Positions 38,481 through 53,300 of a DNA stretch of 64,000 nucleotides are shown here, one piece after another; position 1 is the stretch's first letter; each line of letters begins with the position of its first letter. The notes below the pieces were generated by a model. The model saw nothing but the letters and a program-made list of their open reading frames with translations. It did no database searches and was not told the origin of the DNA. A program made the position numbers and the translations under genes. This DNA comes from Haliotis rufescens (taxonomy: Eukaryota): NCBI RefSeq assembly GCF_023055435.1, contig NW_025963791.1:33232001-33296000 (forward strand), written 5' to 3'.

Positions 38481-41400
38481 CCTCTCACCATCAAATAATA
38501 CTTGTCCAATCAGACTACTAATTTTTGAAATTATTGTTTTTGAAAAAAAAGCACTCACACGAAAACCATTACACCAGACTTATTTCCGCACGGTTAAATC
38601 GTTTGTAACAACAAATACAACTGTATGCATTTTCCTCATATCGAATAATTAATTGGATTTCGAACAGCTCATCACATATCAATTTGTGTATCACTTTCCT
38701 TTTTTGATTGCCCTGTGGATTTATAATTGTGAACACAAATCTTCTCCCTTTCTCGACATATGTAATATCCATGTTGGAAGGATGTACGTTGAAGTTACTG
38801 TAAGTTTCCAAATAAATCTTTAAATTCAAATTAGTTCTTTTCTGTAGGAGGGAATTGGGTTTTACTTTGACTGGCTCATAGTTAGATTTTGGAAGTTGGA
38901 AATATGTACGAAAGAAAAATGACAACTTGTAAATAATATTTGATGTTTGCAATGGGTAAACAAGAGCCTTTATCTTACCTCGCCCCTTGAGTCAACTTAC
39001 GCATTGCAATCAGTTCAGTTAAAGTCAAACTAAGACATTATTAATGCCAGCTTCATTCACTCCTGAGTGACTTGTAAACTTGAAATTCCGAAAGTATTGT
39101 CAGAACGGTGATGAGACATGTTCATAACACCCCATCAGTCTATAAATAGAAATGTTTTCGCAAGCGTGTGGTAACGATTGAAGATCAAGATCTATCAATG
39201 TGAAAACGACGTCGAAGAAAGCTTGTGTACACAATATCATGATATGGATGTATTAATTTGAGAATGTTCTCAGAGTCCTCAAAACAATGAATACTTTATG
39301 TCAATGATTGATAATGCAAAGAATGTTTCAATGATAAATATTACAATTAACAATCAAAATAAGGACGAGACAGGTTGATACCAAATGTAATAAGAGACTG
39401 AGAGTGAAATCCCGTTAATCCAGGTGTCACTATCTGCGGGGGTGTGGGGTGATCTGCAATGATCTACAAAACTGTAACCACAAACTATCAAAACAAGGGC
39501 ATCTGTTTCTAAAATTTGATTCATAGCCGCTAAGGTGAGGTCGCGTCCAAGATTATTGCCCCCATAAAGCGATGTGCGTGCGTGCGTGCATGCGAGATAG
39601 TGACGATGTGGCCTATTGTGCATGACTATTTTTTTTGTGGTTGCCAGCTGTGTCATGTTTCATGTCATATTTGGTATCATGATCCCATTAACGTGCGAAT
39701 GGTCAGCGTGCAGGTACAACTTTTTATCTCCATACATCGATTCAGTATCTGCTTCATCTGTAACCTATAGACGAAAGTTTCTTCCCGATATGTGGATAAT
39801 CATATCGACAAACATGGCTGTAAATCACCGTATGATACATAGGACAGTTCACTCAAACACTATATTCATACGCGGTTTCTGAAGCTGAGTGAGATCAGGT
39901 TGAAAAATTGAACATCGTTGATCGAGATTATTGTAAGAATGACATGACAGGTTAAAAAGATAACCCTCGCGTGATTCCGAATCGTAAATATCAAATATGA
40001 GGAATGTGTTGTATGCTCGTTACAGGGTCGAACAATTCAACTTTTATTCTATAAATTTTGATATTTATGATACGGAAACACACTCATGTATTATTCTCTA
40101 CATGTGTCTTGTTGTGTTTGTTGTTGAACGCCGCACTCGGAACTATTCCAGTTATATGACGGCGATCTGTAAATTATCGCGTCTGGACCAAACAAGGTTG
40201 TGACTGACATCAGGAGCATCGATCTAGGTAATTAGGACACGATGACATGACACAATACGACAAGCATTGATTGCTGAAGACCCATTCTAACCCGGATCTT
40301 CATGGGGAACACATATATGCATGTGTTAGCTATACATGTCAGTATATACTGGTACAAATCAACTTCTTATACGGGATTTTTTTATGTGAGGTAATTTTTG
40401 TGAAAATGTTTTGCATAAATGTTACAGCGTCCAATGCTGACATGACAGATTGCGTTTAACTGACAGGTTGTTGTATGAAGGCAGTACATACACTGGTGTA
40501 TAGATGGGAACAAAAGGATAATGCGGGTCGACCAGTTAGAAAATGACTTCACCTCATGATCTCCGGTTGGCTATAAATAATAAAATATATATTTAATGTC
40601 TTATCTCTTCCTAAATCATTTACCTCCCAAAATATATACTTTGGCGGTGCTAGCAAAACATCGTCCAATCTTAAATATTAACAAATGTTCATTAATAATG
40701 TGTAAGGGAAGGATTTATATATTACGAAATTATTCCATGTTATGTCCAGTGCCAACACCAAGCCTACCTATCAGTTGTCCCCTGTCCTGTGTTGATATGA
40801 TATCTTTCCAGTCACAAGATCAGTATCCGTCAAACCATGTGATCTACTTGTGTAACCCAGACTACTAATGTTATCTATGAGATAGGCCTTCACTTTAGAA
40901 AAGAAACAGAAAGCAGACAAATAGTGCAGACTCCTTTTCAAGAAGCTTTGAGTGTCTCTGAAGCATTTTTGGTGGAAGTAGTGAACTTTCTAAGCCGAAT
41001 TTCCAAAGTAAACACACCGTGTTTATGCTCCTCCTTGCACGATGTATATCTTTCAACTGAGTCTTATGGTAGCGTTAACCTGGTACGTTGGATCAACACT
41101 GTGGCAACAATGTTGCAGTAAAGTTAAACGTCCTTTCGTAGATATAACAACAAAAATGCGTCGGATACGTTTCTTGGGTAGGTACATGAGCGGTGCAAGA
41201 ATATATGCGGTTCACTTTCACTGTGTTACTTCGCGTCACATACAGAGATACCTTTAGCTGACATGTTACTGGCCTTCGTCGAATTAAGATCGTATTAAAA
41301 TTCAATTGATCTTATTTCAGTAACGATTTAGATAACACTTAAAGATATCTTAGCAAACAGAAAAATACTTGTCATACGGGCAATATCCCTAACTGAATAA

Positions 41401-42597
41401 CCTTGACCTTGTCCACAACGCTGCCAAGTTCATGTGCACAGCAAACTACATTCGCTACACTTTAACATCAGTATGGACATCTCTGAGATGTGCCTGCAAT
41501 ACTAATCATCAACAATCGGCGTATCGCGAAGTGTCGACGTTCAAGAATCACGCCACGAAAGAGAAATGACAATCCGGAACTGGGACAAGCACGTAAACTG
41601 AATGAGTAGTTCCAATAGATACTTTCACTGTTTACTTGAGCATGGGAAAGTTCATTGTATGTGTTTATATCCTGAAACATCAGCAAGGCCTGTTTCCTGA
41701 TAGACGAAGCCCGTCGAAGGTTGACCATAATGTGAGGTTTCAAATTTGTTTGTAAACATAGTGAACACGTAAATTAGTCATTCGAACTATTTTGGCTCTT
41801 ATTTTCACAAGTCGTCAATTCCTTAACCCGTCTTGATTATCATATTATCATCAGTTCGTTTTCGTCAACATATACAGTGAGTCTCTTGTGCAGGATTAAT
41901 ACACTGTCACAATTTGTTTTCTCAAGCACACTCTTATAACATATGTTATAGACCCTGGAAGTGATCATAACCTTGTTTTAATTGAAGCTAGAGGCATGTG
42001 ACTTTCTGACTTTAAAAGGGCAACAATACTCCAACTTTCTGATGCGACGTTAAATTTAAACTCACTTACTCAGCAGATTCTAATAAGCAAGTCAAACAAG
42101 TCAAGATAATAGTCCATTATATGGAAACTCTGAATCTGGGAAGAAAAAGCCATCCACTTTTCAATACTTTCAACATTGGAGTGTTGTTGTCCTTTAAAGT
42201 TGTCCTGCACAAGACAACGTTAGGGCTGAAAGATGAACACAGATATTGGTGAGGTCAGCTGTCACCTAATTTGGTGAAGTCCAAATGGTTCTGGATATGT
42301 TGTTGCTGGTGGCGAAAGGGTTCGGGACATTTAAGAAGAGGTTGGAGTGGGTCTGCTTGCATTTTTGCATGTGATGCAAACACCTGTTTAGTTGTTTTGT
42401 TGTAGTTCTGTGTGACGGCATAATGAAAGTACCATGTGCTCTGTTAGAATATTCTAAACGATTTTCAACAATTAAGATGGGTTCTTTTCAAAGCAAACTC
42501 TTTGGTTTTAGTGTCATGATATGCTCATCATATTAATCTCATACATTAAGCAGGTTCAAAACGTTATTCGAACGTGAACAGACAGGTAGATGGCTAC

Positions 42598-43082
42598 TAG
42601 GCCTGAGATGAGACCAAATTTACTACCCAGGTAGCCGACCCCCTATTACCTGACCTTACCCAGGTACCCGACTCCCTATTACCTGACCCAACCCAGGCAC
42701 CCCACAACCTGTTACCTGACCCTACCAGGGTACCCTACAACCTGGCCTGACCCGACCAGGGAACCTGCTGTAGGATTCGAGGAGGGTAGAAAATGCCTGA
42801 TTAGAAATGTTTTACCGGAGCCCTGGCAAAAACCCTTCAGATACATGTACATACGAACTAATCATGCATACACTGAAACTGACTGAAGCTTTACCTTTAC
42901 TCAGATATATAAAAGTCAGAAGGAATACGTGGAGTGTCAGAAAGATATATGACACATTAGTGATTTTCGGTGTAGCCATGGAGTTTTATTGTTATTGAAC
43001 AATATAGCATGTGACTCACTACGGGTCCGGGTAATCTTGTTGGTGCCCAGATCCAACCCAGGACCAAACCAACCAAGCCCTA
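42598..43082. mobile_element. hAT-like MITE paralog (partial duplicate at ~43909-44325, another copy at 51885-52336)
   Basis: TAGG...CCTA termini, ATGGCTAC/ATGGCTAA TSD and minisatellite units. Confidence 0.75.
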
Positions 43083-43657
43083 ATGGCTAACAAAAAAAGT
43101 GCACGAGGTGAGATTCTGATTCCAACCTTTGCAGCTGTAAAGAGTAATATCAAGTATCTCCGGCGTAAAAAAGTACAGCTGACCAGCTTCAGTGGCAGAG
43201 AGAAAAGGTATTTATGTTCTAATTCGCTTCGCTCAGACGAACATAAAATATTTACCATGTACAACATACGCATCTCAAGGGTTATGCCTACCGCAGCTGA
43301 CAAGCGAGCAGGTTTATTAACAATCACAAATAAATACACTCGTCAAACTCGTAAACAGTGTTTCAAGTCGAATCCACGAATCTGTCAAAACCGCAGTTAC
43401 GTGAAATATACAATTCCCAACTAAAATTGTGACCAAAGCAAACGTGATGTAACACGTTTTGCAGTTATTCAGAAATGTTTGAAATTATAATCATAATATA
43501 CTTATCTTAAATTAATCTTCATCTGTGACTGCTTTTTCTTCCGTTTTCCTTGGCTCAGTTTTGGATCCCAACTGTAACTTGACCAGAAACTTCCCACATC
43601 ATACCGAACACATCGTACAACTCAAATACAAGGATCTGCCCTACGGCTTAATTTTGT

Positions 43658-43720
43658 CCAACGGCTCAACTTTGCCCAACGGCTCAACTTTGCCCAACGG
43701 CTCAACTTTGCCCAACGGCT
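43658..43720. repeat. 18-bp tandem repeat (ccaacggctcaactttgc), about 3.5 copies
   Basis: Directly visible. Confidence 0.9.
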
Positions 43721-46127
43721 AAACACTCCAATACTTTGTAACCTCAAATTCTTGAGCCAATATTTTGCAAGATGTAAAATATGCTCGCCTGTGTAATACG
43801 AAGACCTCGAATGGTTCAACACAGTCAGTGAACACTACACGTCACGTTCCTCACGTGACTTCGTGACACCACATTCACGTGCAATGTACCTGGCTGAATG
43901 TACCTGAAACCCGACTCCCTATTACCTGACCCAACCCAGGCACCCCACAACCTGTTACCTGACCCTACCCAGGTACCCTACATCCTGACCTGACCCGACC
44001 AGGGAACCTGCTGTAGGATTCGAGTAGGGTAGAAAATGCCTGATTAGAAATGTTTTACCGGAGCCCTGGCAAAAACCCTATAGATACATGTATGTACGAA
44101 CTGATCATGCATACACTGAAATTGACTGAAGCTTTACCTTTACTCAGATATATAAATGTCAGAAGGAATACGTGGAGTGTCAGAAAGAAATATGACACAT
44201 TACTGATTTTCGGTGTAGCCATGGAGTTTTATTGTTATTAAACAATATAGCACGTGACTAACTACGGGTCCGGGTAATCTTGTGGGTGCCCAGATCCAAC
44301 CCAGGACCCACCTAACCCAGCCCTAATGGCTAACAAAATAAGTGTACGAGGTGAGATTCTGTTTCCAACCTATTCAGCTGTAAAGGGTAATATCAAATGT
44401 CTCTAGTGTAAAAAAGTACAACTGACCAGCTTCAGTGGCAGGGAGAAAAGGTATGTCAGTTGATCGTGACGTCATGGTAACCGATGATGTCACACTGGTC
44501 TGCAAAACATTGTGACGCAACTTTAATGTAGCGATAACTCCTGTGGAATCCAGTTATGGATAAAGAATTTACTTCAATATGTTTTGCGTTTATGGAGGTG
44601 TAAGTACATGACAGACAATGGTATAGGGTCATGTTTTTTATTTGTGAAAAATACATTCTACTCTTGCTGAGTGCCAATGCTATTTAAAACGATCCAATGA
44701 TTATGTGTGCGGTACAAATAAGTAAAAGAAATCGATTGAAGTTTTCTGTCAATGACTTCAATGATTTTATTTAATCTGGGGGCTATGCATATCACGGGCG
44801 AGCCACCGCGAATTCCTACGACGTCACGCAAGTAGTTCGCTAATCATGGGCTGATGTTAATTAATGTTAACCATCTGATGAAACGGACTCACTTGCAATT
44901 TATTTATTTAAGAATTAACTTAACAATATTTATTGTGTTTATGGAGGTATAAATCTAAAAGGACTTGTGTCCATACCATGCGTTAATCTGCGTACAAAAC
45001 GCAAAGTGTGCATTCCCCTCTAAGCACAAAAATACATTTTACAAGACAACAATAACAGTGAGTGAGTTTATGCTTTACGTCACATCGGCAATATTTCAGC
45101 CATATCGTGACGATACAACAATAACAACTTCAAAGACTGTCTATTAAGTCATAAACACAAACAAAGAGTAGACGATTCAAAATATGACACTGTACAGCTC
45201 AATAGTGCAACACAAGATCTGCCAACTCTATTATCAGCCAGTCATGAAACAAATCCGAGGGTGTGCATGGCCTAATGTTTGTTCAGTTTATGCAGAGTAA
45301 ACTAAATCTATTTAGGTCTCTGATTATGGAGCTGACGCACAAAAATAATTTCATTTTTATGCGAACAATAACATGGAATCACTTACAGTTTATTTTTTGA
45401 CAATTGAACAATGAAATGAACTATGCCTACAACACTATTATAATCATTATAGATATGGACACAATTACACAATTGTAGAAGTGTTCCTCCGTACAGGTAT
45501 GATGCAGGAGCTATTTGTTATTAAGTGGCTCACTATAACGTTCCACAAAATAAACTTCATGACATCACAAACATCCTACATGGAACACCCTATCTACTAT
45601 CTAGTAAAGTAAAAACGATCTATGACTACGGTGCAATGGACCACGTACCTAACATGCTACTGAATGGACCTGGGACGAGTCCAAATCTACAGCCCGGGTA
45701 ACCAACCCGACCCGGGAACCCGCTGATGGTCTCAAGATTTGGGAACTCATTAGTGTCATTAAAACAATATATCAAGTGACCATCCACAGGTCCAAGTAGT
45801 AATGTGAGCACTTAAATAACAAGTAAACCATATCATATCTTCTAAGAATAGAGTGAAGTATTGGTATCTCTTGAGCTGATTGGGATCAAACCACGGGCTT
45901 TTCGCCTTCCCGGCCGACACCGTACTTACTAGAACACGGAGGCGATTTAATAAAGAGAACCAGGTTGCTAAACACATAATGTGATATGTAATGATGTGAA
46001 AATAATGTATGTGGATACACCTTTGTATGATCATTAACACCCCAATCGGAAGAGTCCATTTTGAGTTGTTATAGTGAATTTAACACCAGCAATAGTGATG
46101 TTTGAAATCATGCAATTATTGATGTGA

Positions 46128-48934
46128 CTACATAAAGTTGACTTCGTGTATCTGATCTCCACCACAAACATACAGTGTGTCATGTCTATCTACATACAAT
46201 CCATATGGATCACAGCCAATGTCCTGATGATCTGTGACATAACCCCCTGTCAGCCGTATCACCTTGTTACTGTCTGCAAGCAGGATGTCTCCAGTTGTAG
46301 TAGTTGAAATACCAAAAGGGTCGAGTGCTCTGTCTCCAGTAGGGGCGTATCTCCACACAACATCCCCCTCTGACGTCAGAAATGTCACAGACTTCTTCCA
46401 CGGGTCAGATACGAGTATGTTGCCCTTGTTGTTCACACACATGTACCAGGGTTGGGTAAACAGTGTCTCATTGTTGTGTGTAGTGACTGACCTCAGCACG
46501 TGTCCTGCCATGTCAAGGATATCAACACAGTTGGTAGTACCCGCTGCTAGAGATGAGGGACTCAGAACAGCGAGACTGTAGTATTCCTTGCTTGTTTTGA
46601 TGGTTGAGAGCAACAACAGGTCAGGGGTCACTCCTACTGTTACAATCTTCCTTATGCCAGGGACAGAAACCATCACCTGGTTCTCATTCAACTGTGTTAC
46701 ACGACATGGAGAGTCACCCAGGGTAAGTGTACTGTGGCATGTCAAGTTGTTTCTGGTGTACAAAGATTTCACACACTTGTTGTCGTAGTCAGTGACAACA
46801 CATGTCTGTAAACCATCTGCAACCAGGACTGTGACGTCACGTAGCCCAGGCTCCTCCTTATCACCCACTATCCTCCCATCTATCACGTCAACTCGCACTG
46901 GAGACGGCAGACATGTGCCCTGATCCTGGTATGTGACGTCAATCTTCCCCAGCTGTAGGTCATCTAGGATGTGCTGGACGTTGTCAGTGTCAGGTGTGAA
47001 CCTGATGTCATCTATTCTCGGTGTGTCTGCTGTGTCTGTGTCCCTGACATCCCCCAACTCTACAGCCCCCGACTCCTGGGCCTGATACGCGTCATACAGG
47101 TCCATCTCACAGTCCGATACCAAGGCCTGGTCAATGAACTCACAATGTTGTCTGTACATCTGCATCTCAATCTTGTCAAGTTTAACAACTGCTTTAAGTT
47201 GCTTAGTTTGTTTGTCTGTAATATCCTTGACTTCATTCATCAGCTGTTTTTCTTTCTGCTTGATGTTGGCGATGGCTCTCTCAACAGCAGATTTAATGTG
47301 ATTTTCGACTGCTATTTTGTTTTTCTCAATTCCGCTAATTTTCTCGTCTGTTTTCTTAACAATTGTTTCTTTTCTATGTATTTTCTTTGATAACTGTTTA
47401 GCATGCCTTCTTAAATGGTATTTCAGGTTTGGCAACATTGACTGAATGGTAACGACAGACTCACATTTCCTATGGTAAACAACACAACATGTCTGACACA
47501 CAGCTTTGTGGCAGTCTTTACATACAAGCTTTATAACCTCATCCTTATGTTCCCTGCACATGACCTTGCGTCTCTTCTTCACCTTGACCTCTCCTGAAAG
47601 GTCACAGATTTCATGGTCATGTGATGCTGGACTTGCACCATGCATCTTGACACATCTCTCGCAGAGGGACACTTGACACTCAGAACACCATGAGGCTCCC
47701 GGAGTTGTCTCCCCTAACTTCTCACACACTGAGCAACATGAAGCGGAACCTGTAAGTGGACATGTCTATAGTTATTTGACATATCATAACAACATTTATA
47801 TAAATTAGAAGATTGCGAATCCAGGTAAAATCATCTGCTAACTTATGTTCAATGCACGAAAAGGGCGGTGGGTGTAGGCTTGGAGTTCAAGCGTTGGCTC
47901 GTCACGCCCATGGGTTTGATATGTGAAGCCCCATATTGGCATAATTAACAGTGGCGTAAAACTGAACTCATTCACCCAGTTATGTACATGTAGTTCAACA
48001 GGAACAATTGCTCTTATAAGTGTACAGTTGTGATCACGATTATCACGGGCGATGGGGAAGCGAAGATGTTTTAAGGGTTAGCCAGGTTTGATTCCCTACA
48101 TGAGTAAAATGTGTGAAGCCCTTTTCTTGTGTCTCCCGCAGTGATATCTCTTGAACATTGCTGAAGGTGGCAAAAATACATACTCACTCACTTTAATCAA
48201 CCTGAAACATTCTATCATTACTGATACCCCTTTCTAAAACTGTCATTTGTAGATGTTTTCAGATAATAATATTTTCAAGGGCTTTATGGATGATCTGATT
48301 ATATAAGCATCATGTAAACCGATAATAATCAGCAGGTCAATTAGCATTGCCAGTGCACATTGTCCCGACGTCAAAATATATTGTAAATATGTCTATGCCA
48401 TGATTACAGTAAGAGTCATGTTTGTAACAAATGTATATTTTCTGGAGTCGTTTAGTGGAGTTAATTGGTATCATTGAACATACTGTTAACAGCAATACTG
48501 TAATTATACTGCATGTTTAAACAAATAATGAGTACCCTTAAACATGCCTTCATTACAACCATGATTCTTATTACTAGATTTCACTAGTTTGTGAAATGAA
48601 TGTGTAGTTCATAATGTAATAAACCAATAACGGTACCTGTTTTGACAACGTCAGCTTGAGTGTCAATCAGCCCCTGTATAATGATGCTGGGTTTGATCTG
48701 CCCCGCCCACTGCTCCACTGATCGGCTGGGATGGGGGACATTGGTATCTTGTCAACAGCAGGGAGTGGGGATCGTCTGGGACTGTACAGCATCTGGTCTG
48801 GTTTGGATGTATCCTGTGACACATTTCCTGCAGAATGTGTGATCACACCTCAGTGTACAGGGTTCTGTGTACAGTTCCTGGCAGATCACACAGGTGAGGA
48901 ATTCCGTTACTTTCTCAGCCCGCGACGTCGCCAT
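46128..48934 (-). pseudogene. TRIM copy 4, probable pseudogene (exons 48934-48637 and 47749-46128)
   Basis: TGA at 48754-48752 in the RING exon (CGA/CAA in paralogs) and one RING Cys lost. UTR donor deleted at ~49060 and ~3 kb of promoter deleted. The large exon is still open, with a 6-nt deletion. Confidence 0.85.
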
Positions 48935-50194
48935 CTGTAAAATATAAATAACTGTTCACTTTTCCAAGAAATAATTTCAGCTGAAGTTGTTCCGTCTTTG
49001 TAATGGATTAACATGTGGTATTTTTTGAGACAATAACATTTCTTGAGTGCCACTTCTGGCGCTGACACGCGATGATATAACTGAAATACTGCATTAAGCG
49101 GCATAACACCAAACACAATCACCCCATCAGTAACTTGTGTGCACCACTAAGTTTGCTGAAACGCCTCTGTAAATCCAGGTCGAAGGAGTCGTTTACATAT
49201 CATTTCTTGTAACAAAAATGACATGACAAATACGACAAGCATTGATTGCCGAAGACCCATTCTAACACGGATCTCCACGGGGAACATATGCATGTGCTAC
49301 CTATACATGCCATTATATACTGGTACAAATCAAGTTATTATACAGGAACTTTTAATACGAGGGCCTTTTTGTGAAAATATTTTGCATAAATGTTACAGCG
49401 TCCTATGTTAGCATGACATATTGCGTTGAACTGACAGGTTGTTGTATGGAGGCAGTACATACACTGGTGTATAGATGAAAAAAAGGATAATGCACCATTC
49501 CTGCAGCTTTAGGCGATATTGATAAAAACTGTTCATATATGAAATACAACAAAGGAAGATACGAGTATCAGGGTCTGGTCGTGAAATGGGTGTTTCCAAC
49601 GGCAAGAGCTACGATAACGAATGTTTACCAAAGACACATGCAATTACCTTGCCAGTTCTCCTATGAGCATTGTAATGTCAAGAACCTATCAACAGCGAAA
49701 GTACAGCTGCAGTTCTATGTACACAGTAGGACCAGAGTTCACTCTCTACAACTATGTATCTAGCGGCGGTTACCGTATCGCCTCATCCATTCATATTATA
49801 GAAACAGTTGGTTTGTATGTCTCTCCTGAGGGATGCGGGTTGACCCGTTAGAAAATAACTTACACTTCTTGATCTCCGGTTGGCTAAAAGTAATAAAATA
49901 TATATTTAATGTCTTAACTCTTCCTAAATCATTTACCCCCCCAAATATATACTTTGGCGGTGCTAGCGAAACATCGACCAATCTTAAATATTAACAAATG
50001 TTTATTAATAATGTGTAAGGATTTATATATTACGGAATTATTCCATGTTATGTCCAGTGCCAACACCAAACCTACCTCTGGTTTGTCCCCTGTCCTGTGT
50101 TGATATGATATCTTTCCAGTCACAAGATCAGTATACGCCTCACCATGTGATATACTTGTGTAACTCAGAGTACTAATGTTATCTATGAGATAGG

Positions 50195-50354
50195 GTCGGT
50201 CGGGTAGCCTCGTGGTTAAAGCGTTCGCTCGTCACGCAGAAGACTCTGGTTCGATTCCCGACTTGGGTACAATGTGTGAAGCCCATTTCTGGTGTCCCCC
50301 GCCGTGATATTGCTGGAATATTGCTAAAAGCGGTGTAAAATCATACTCACTCAC
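50195..50354 (+). mobile_element. Young full-length family A SINE
   Basis: Intact A and B boxes. 15-bp TSD TATCTATGAGATAGG/TATCTTTGAGATAGG. Empty site at ~40872. Confidence 0.92.
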
Positions 50355-53300
50355 TATCTTTGAGATAGGAGTGAAAAGAAACAGAAAGCAGACAAATAGT
50401 GCAGACTTTTAAAGAAGCTTTGAGCGTCTCTGAAGCATTTTTGGTGGAACTTTCTAAGCCGAATTTCCAAAGTTAACACACCATGTTTATGCTCCTCCTT
50501 GCAAAACATACGTATTTCAACTGAGTCTCTCTAAGTCTCTAACTGAATAACCTTGACCTTGTCCACAACGCTGCCAAGTTCACGTGCACAGCGAACTACA
50601 TTCGCTACACTTTAATATCAGTATGGACATATCTGAGATGTGCCTGCAATGCTTATCATCAGCAATCGGCGTATCGCAAAGTGTCAGCGTTCAAGAATCA
50701 CGCCACGAAAGAGAAATGACAATCCGGGAATGGTGACTGAAACAACCATAATTTGCAAATTGACTGAGGAGTTCCAATAGATATTTTCACTGTTTACTTT
50801 AGCATGGGAAAGTACATTGTATGTGTTTATATCCTAAATCATCAGCAAGGCCTGTTTCCTGATAGACGAAGCCCGTCGAAGGCTGACCATGATGTGAGGT
50901 TTCAAATTTGTTTGTAAACATAGTAAACACGTACATTAGTCACCTGAACTATTTTGGCTCTTAGTTTTACAAGTCGTCACTTCCTTAACCCGTCTTGATT
51001 ATCATGAGTTCGTTTTCGTCAACATATACAGTGAGTCTCTTGTGCAGGATTAATACACTGTCAAAATTTGTTTTCTCAAACACACTCTTATAACATATGT
51101 TATAGACCCTTTGTTATAAATGAAGCTAGAGGCATGTGACTTTCTGACTTTAAAAGTGCAACAATACCCCAACTTTCTGATGCGACGTTAAATTTAAACT
51201 CACTTACTCAGCGGATTCCAATAAGCAAGTCAAACAAGTCAAGATTATAGTCCATTATATGGAAACTCTGAATTTGTGAAGAAAAAGCCATCCTTTTTTC
51301 AATACTTTCAATATTGGAGTGTTGTTCTGCACTCGACAACGTTAGGGCTTAAAGACGAACACAGATATTGGTGAGGCCAGCTGTCACCTATTTTGTTGAA
51401 GTCCAAATGCTTCTGGATATGTTGTTGCTGGTGGCGAATACGTTAGAGACATATAAGATAAGGTTGGCGTGGGTTTGCTTGCATTTTAGCACGTAATGCA
51501 AAAACCTGTTTAGTTGTTTTGTTGTAGTTGTGTATGACGGCACAATGACTTAACCTGTCCCAGACGTGCAGTATTGAGATACATTCCATGACGGATCTGT
51601 GCTACAGGGAGAGTTACGTAAGAACAAGTAAAAAATACAGTGAACAAAAGTTATTATAATTGCATGCACAAATCTAATTGTGCTGCTAGACGTCATATAA
51701 TTGTTCCAGATTCCTTGACCTTGTGCTTTGGTAGAATATTCTCAAAGATTTTCAACAATTAAGATGTCTTTTTCAAACCTAACACTTTGGTTTTAGTGTC
51801 ATGATATACTCATAATATTTCAGACTCATACATTAAACAGGTTGAAAACATAATTCGAACCTGAACAGACAGGTAGATGGCTACTAGGCCTGAGATGAGT
51901 CCAAATTTACTACCCAGGTACCCGACTCCCTATTACCTGACCCAACCCAGGTTCCCGACCCCCTATTACCTGACCCTACCCAGGTACCCTACATCCTGAC
52001 CTGACCCGACCAGGGAACCTGCTGTAGGATTCGAGTAGGGTAGAAAATGCCTGATTAGAAATGTTTTACCGGAGCCCTGGCAAAAACCCTTCAGATACAT
52101 GTATGTACGAACTGATCATGCATACGCTGAAATTGACTGAAGCTTTATTTTTAGTTAGATATATAAATGTCAGAAGGAACACGTGGGGTGTCAGAAAGAA
52201 ATATGACACATTAGTGATTTTCGGTGTAGCCATGGAGTTTTATTGTTATTAAACAATATAGCACGTGACTAACTACGGGTCCGGGTAATCTTGTGGGTGC
52301 CCAGATCCAACCCAGGACCCACCTAACCCAGCCCTAATGGCTAACAAAATAAGTGTATGAGGTGAGATTCTGTTTCCAACCTATTCAGCTGTAAAGAGTA
52401 ATATCAAATGTCTCCAGTGTAAAAAAGTACAACTGACCAGCTTCAGTGGCAGGGAGAAAAGGTATGTCAGTTGATCGTGACGTCATGGTAACCGATGATG
52501 TCACACTGGTCTGCAAAACATTGTGACGCAACTTTAATGTAGCGGTACCTCCTGTGGAATCCAGTTATGGATTAAGAATTTACTTCAATATGTTTTGCGT
52601 TTATGGAGGTGTAAGTACATGACAGACAATGGTATAGGGTCATGCTTTTGTTTGTGAAAAATACATTCTGCTCTTGCTGAGTGTAACTTAACAATATTTA
52701 TTGTGTTTATGGTATAAATCTAAAAAGACTTGTGTCCATACCATGCGTTAATACATTTTACAAGACAACAATAACAACTTCAAAGACTGTCTATTAAGTC
52801 ATAAACACAAACAAAGAGTAGACGATTCAAAATATGACATTGTACAGCTCAATAGTGCAACACAAGATCTGCCAACTCTATTATCAGCCAGTCATGAAAC
52901 AAATCCGAGGGTGTGCGTGGCCTAATGTTTGTTCAGTTTATGCAGAGTAAACTAAATCTATTTCATGGTCTCTGATTATGGAGCTGACGCACAAACATAA
53001 TTTCATTTTTAGGCGAACAATAACATGGAATCACTTACAGTTTATTTTTTGACAATTGAACAATGAAATGAGCTATGCCTACAACACTATTATAATCATT
53101 ATAGATATGGACACAATTACACAATTGTAGAAGTGTTCCTCCGTACAGGTATGATGCAGGAGCTATTTGTTATTAAGTGGCTCACTATAACGTTCCACAA
53201 AACAAACTTCATGACATCACAAACATCCTACATGGAACACCCTATCTACTATCTAGTAAAGTAAAAACGATCTATGACTACGGTGCAATGTACCACGTAC

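Noticed and set aside
38569-38952. 127-aa minus-strand ORF
   Set aside because: AT-rich, non-ATG start, no domain features. Probably random.
50195-50270. tRNA gene
   Set aside because: It is the tRNA-like head of a SINE, followed by the SINE body, tail and TSD.
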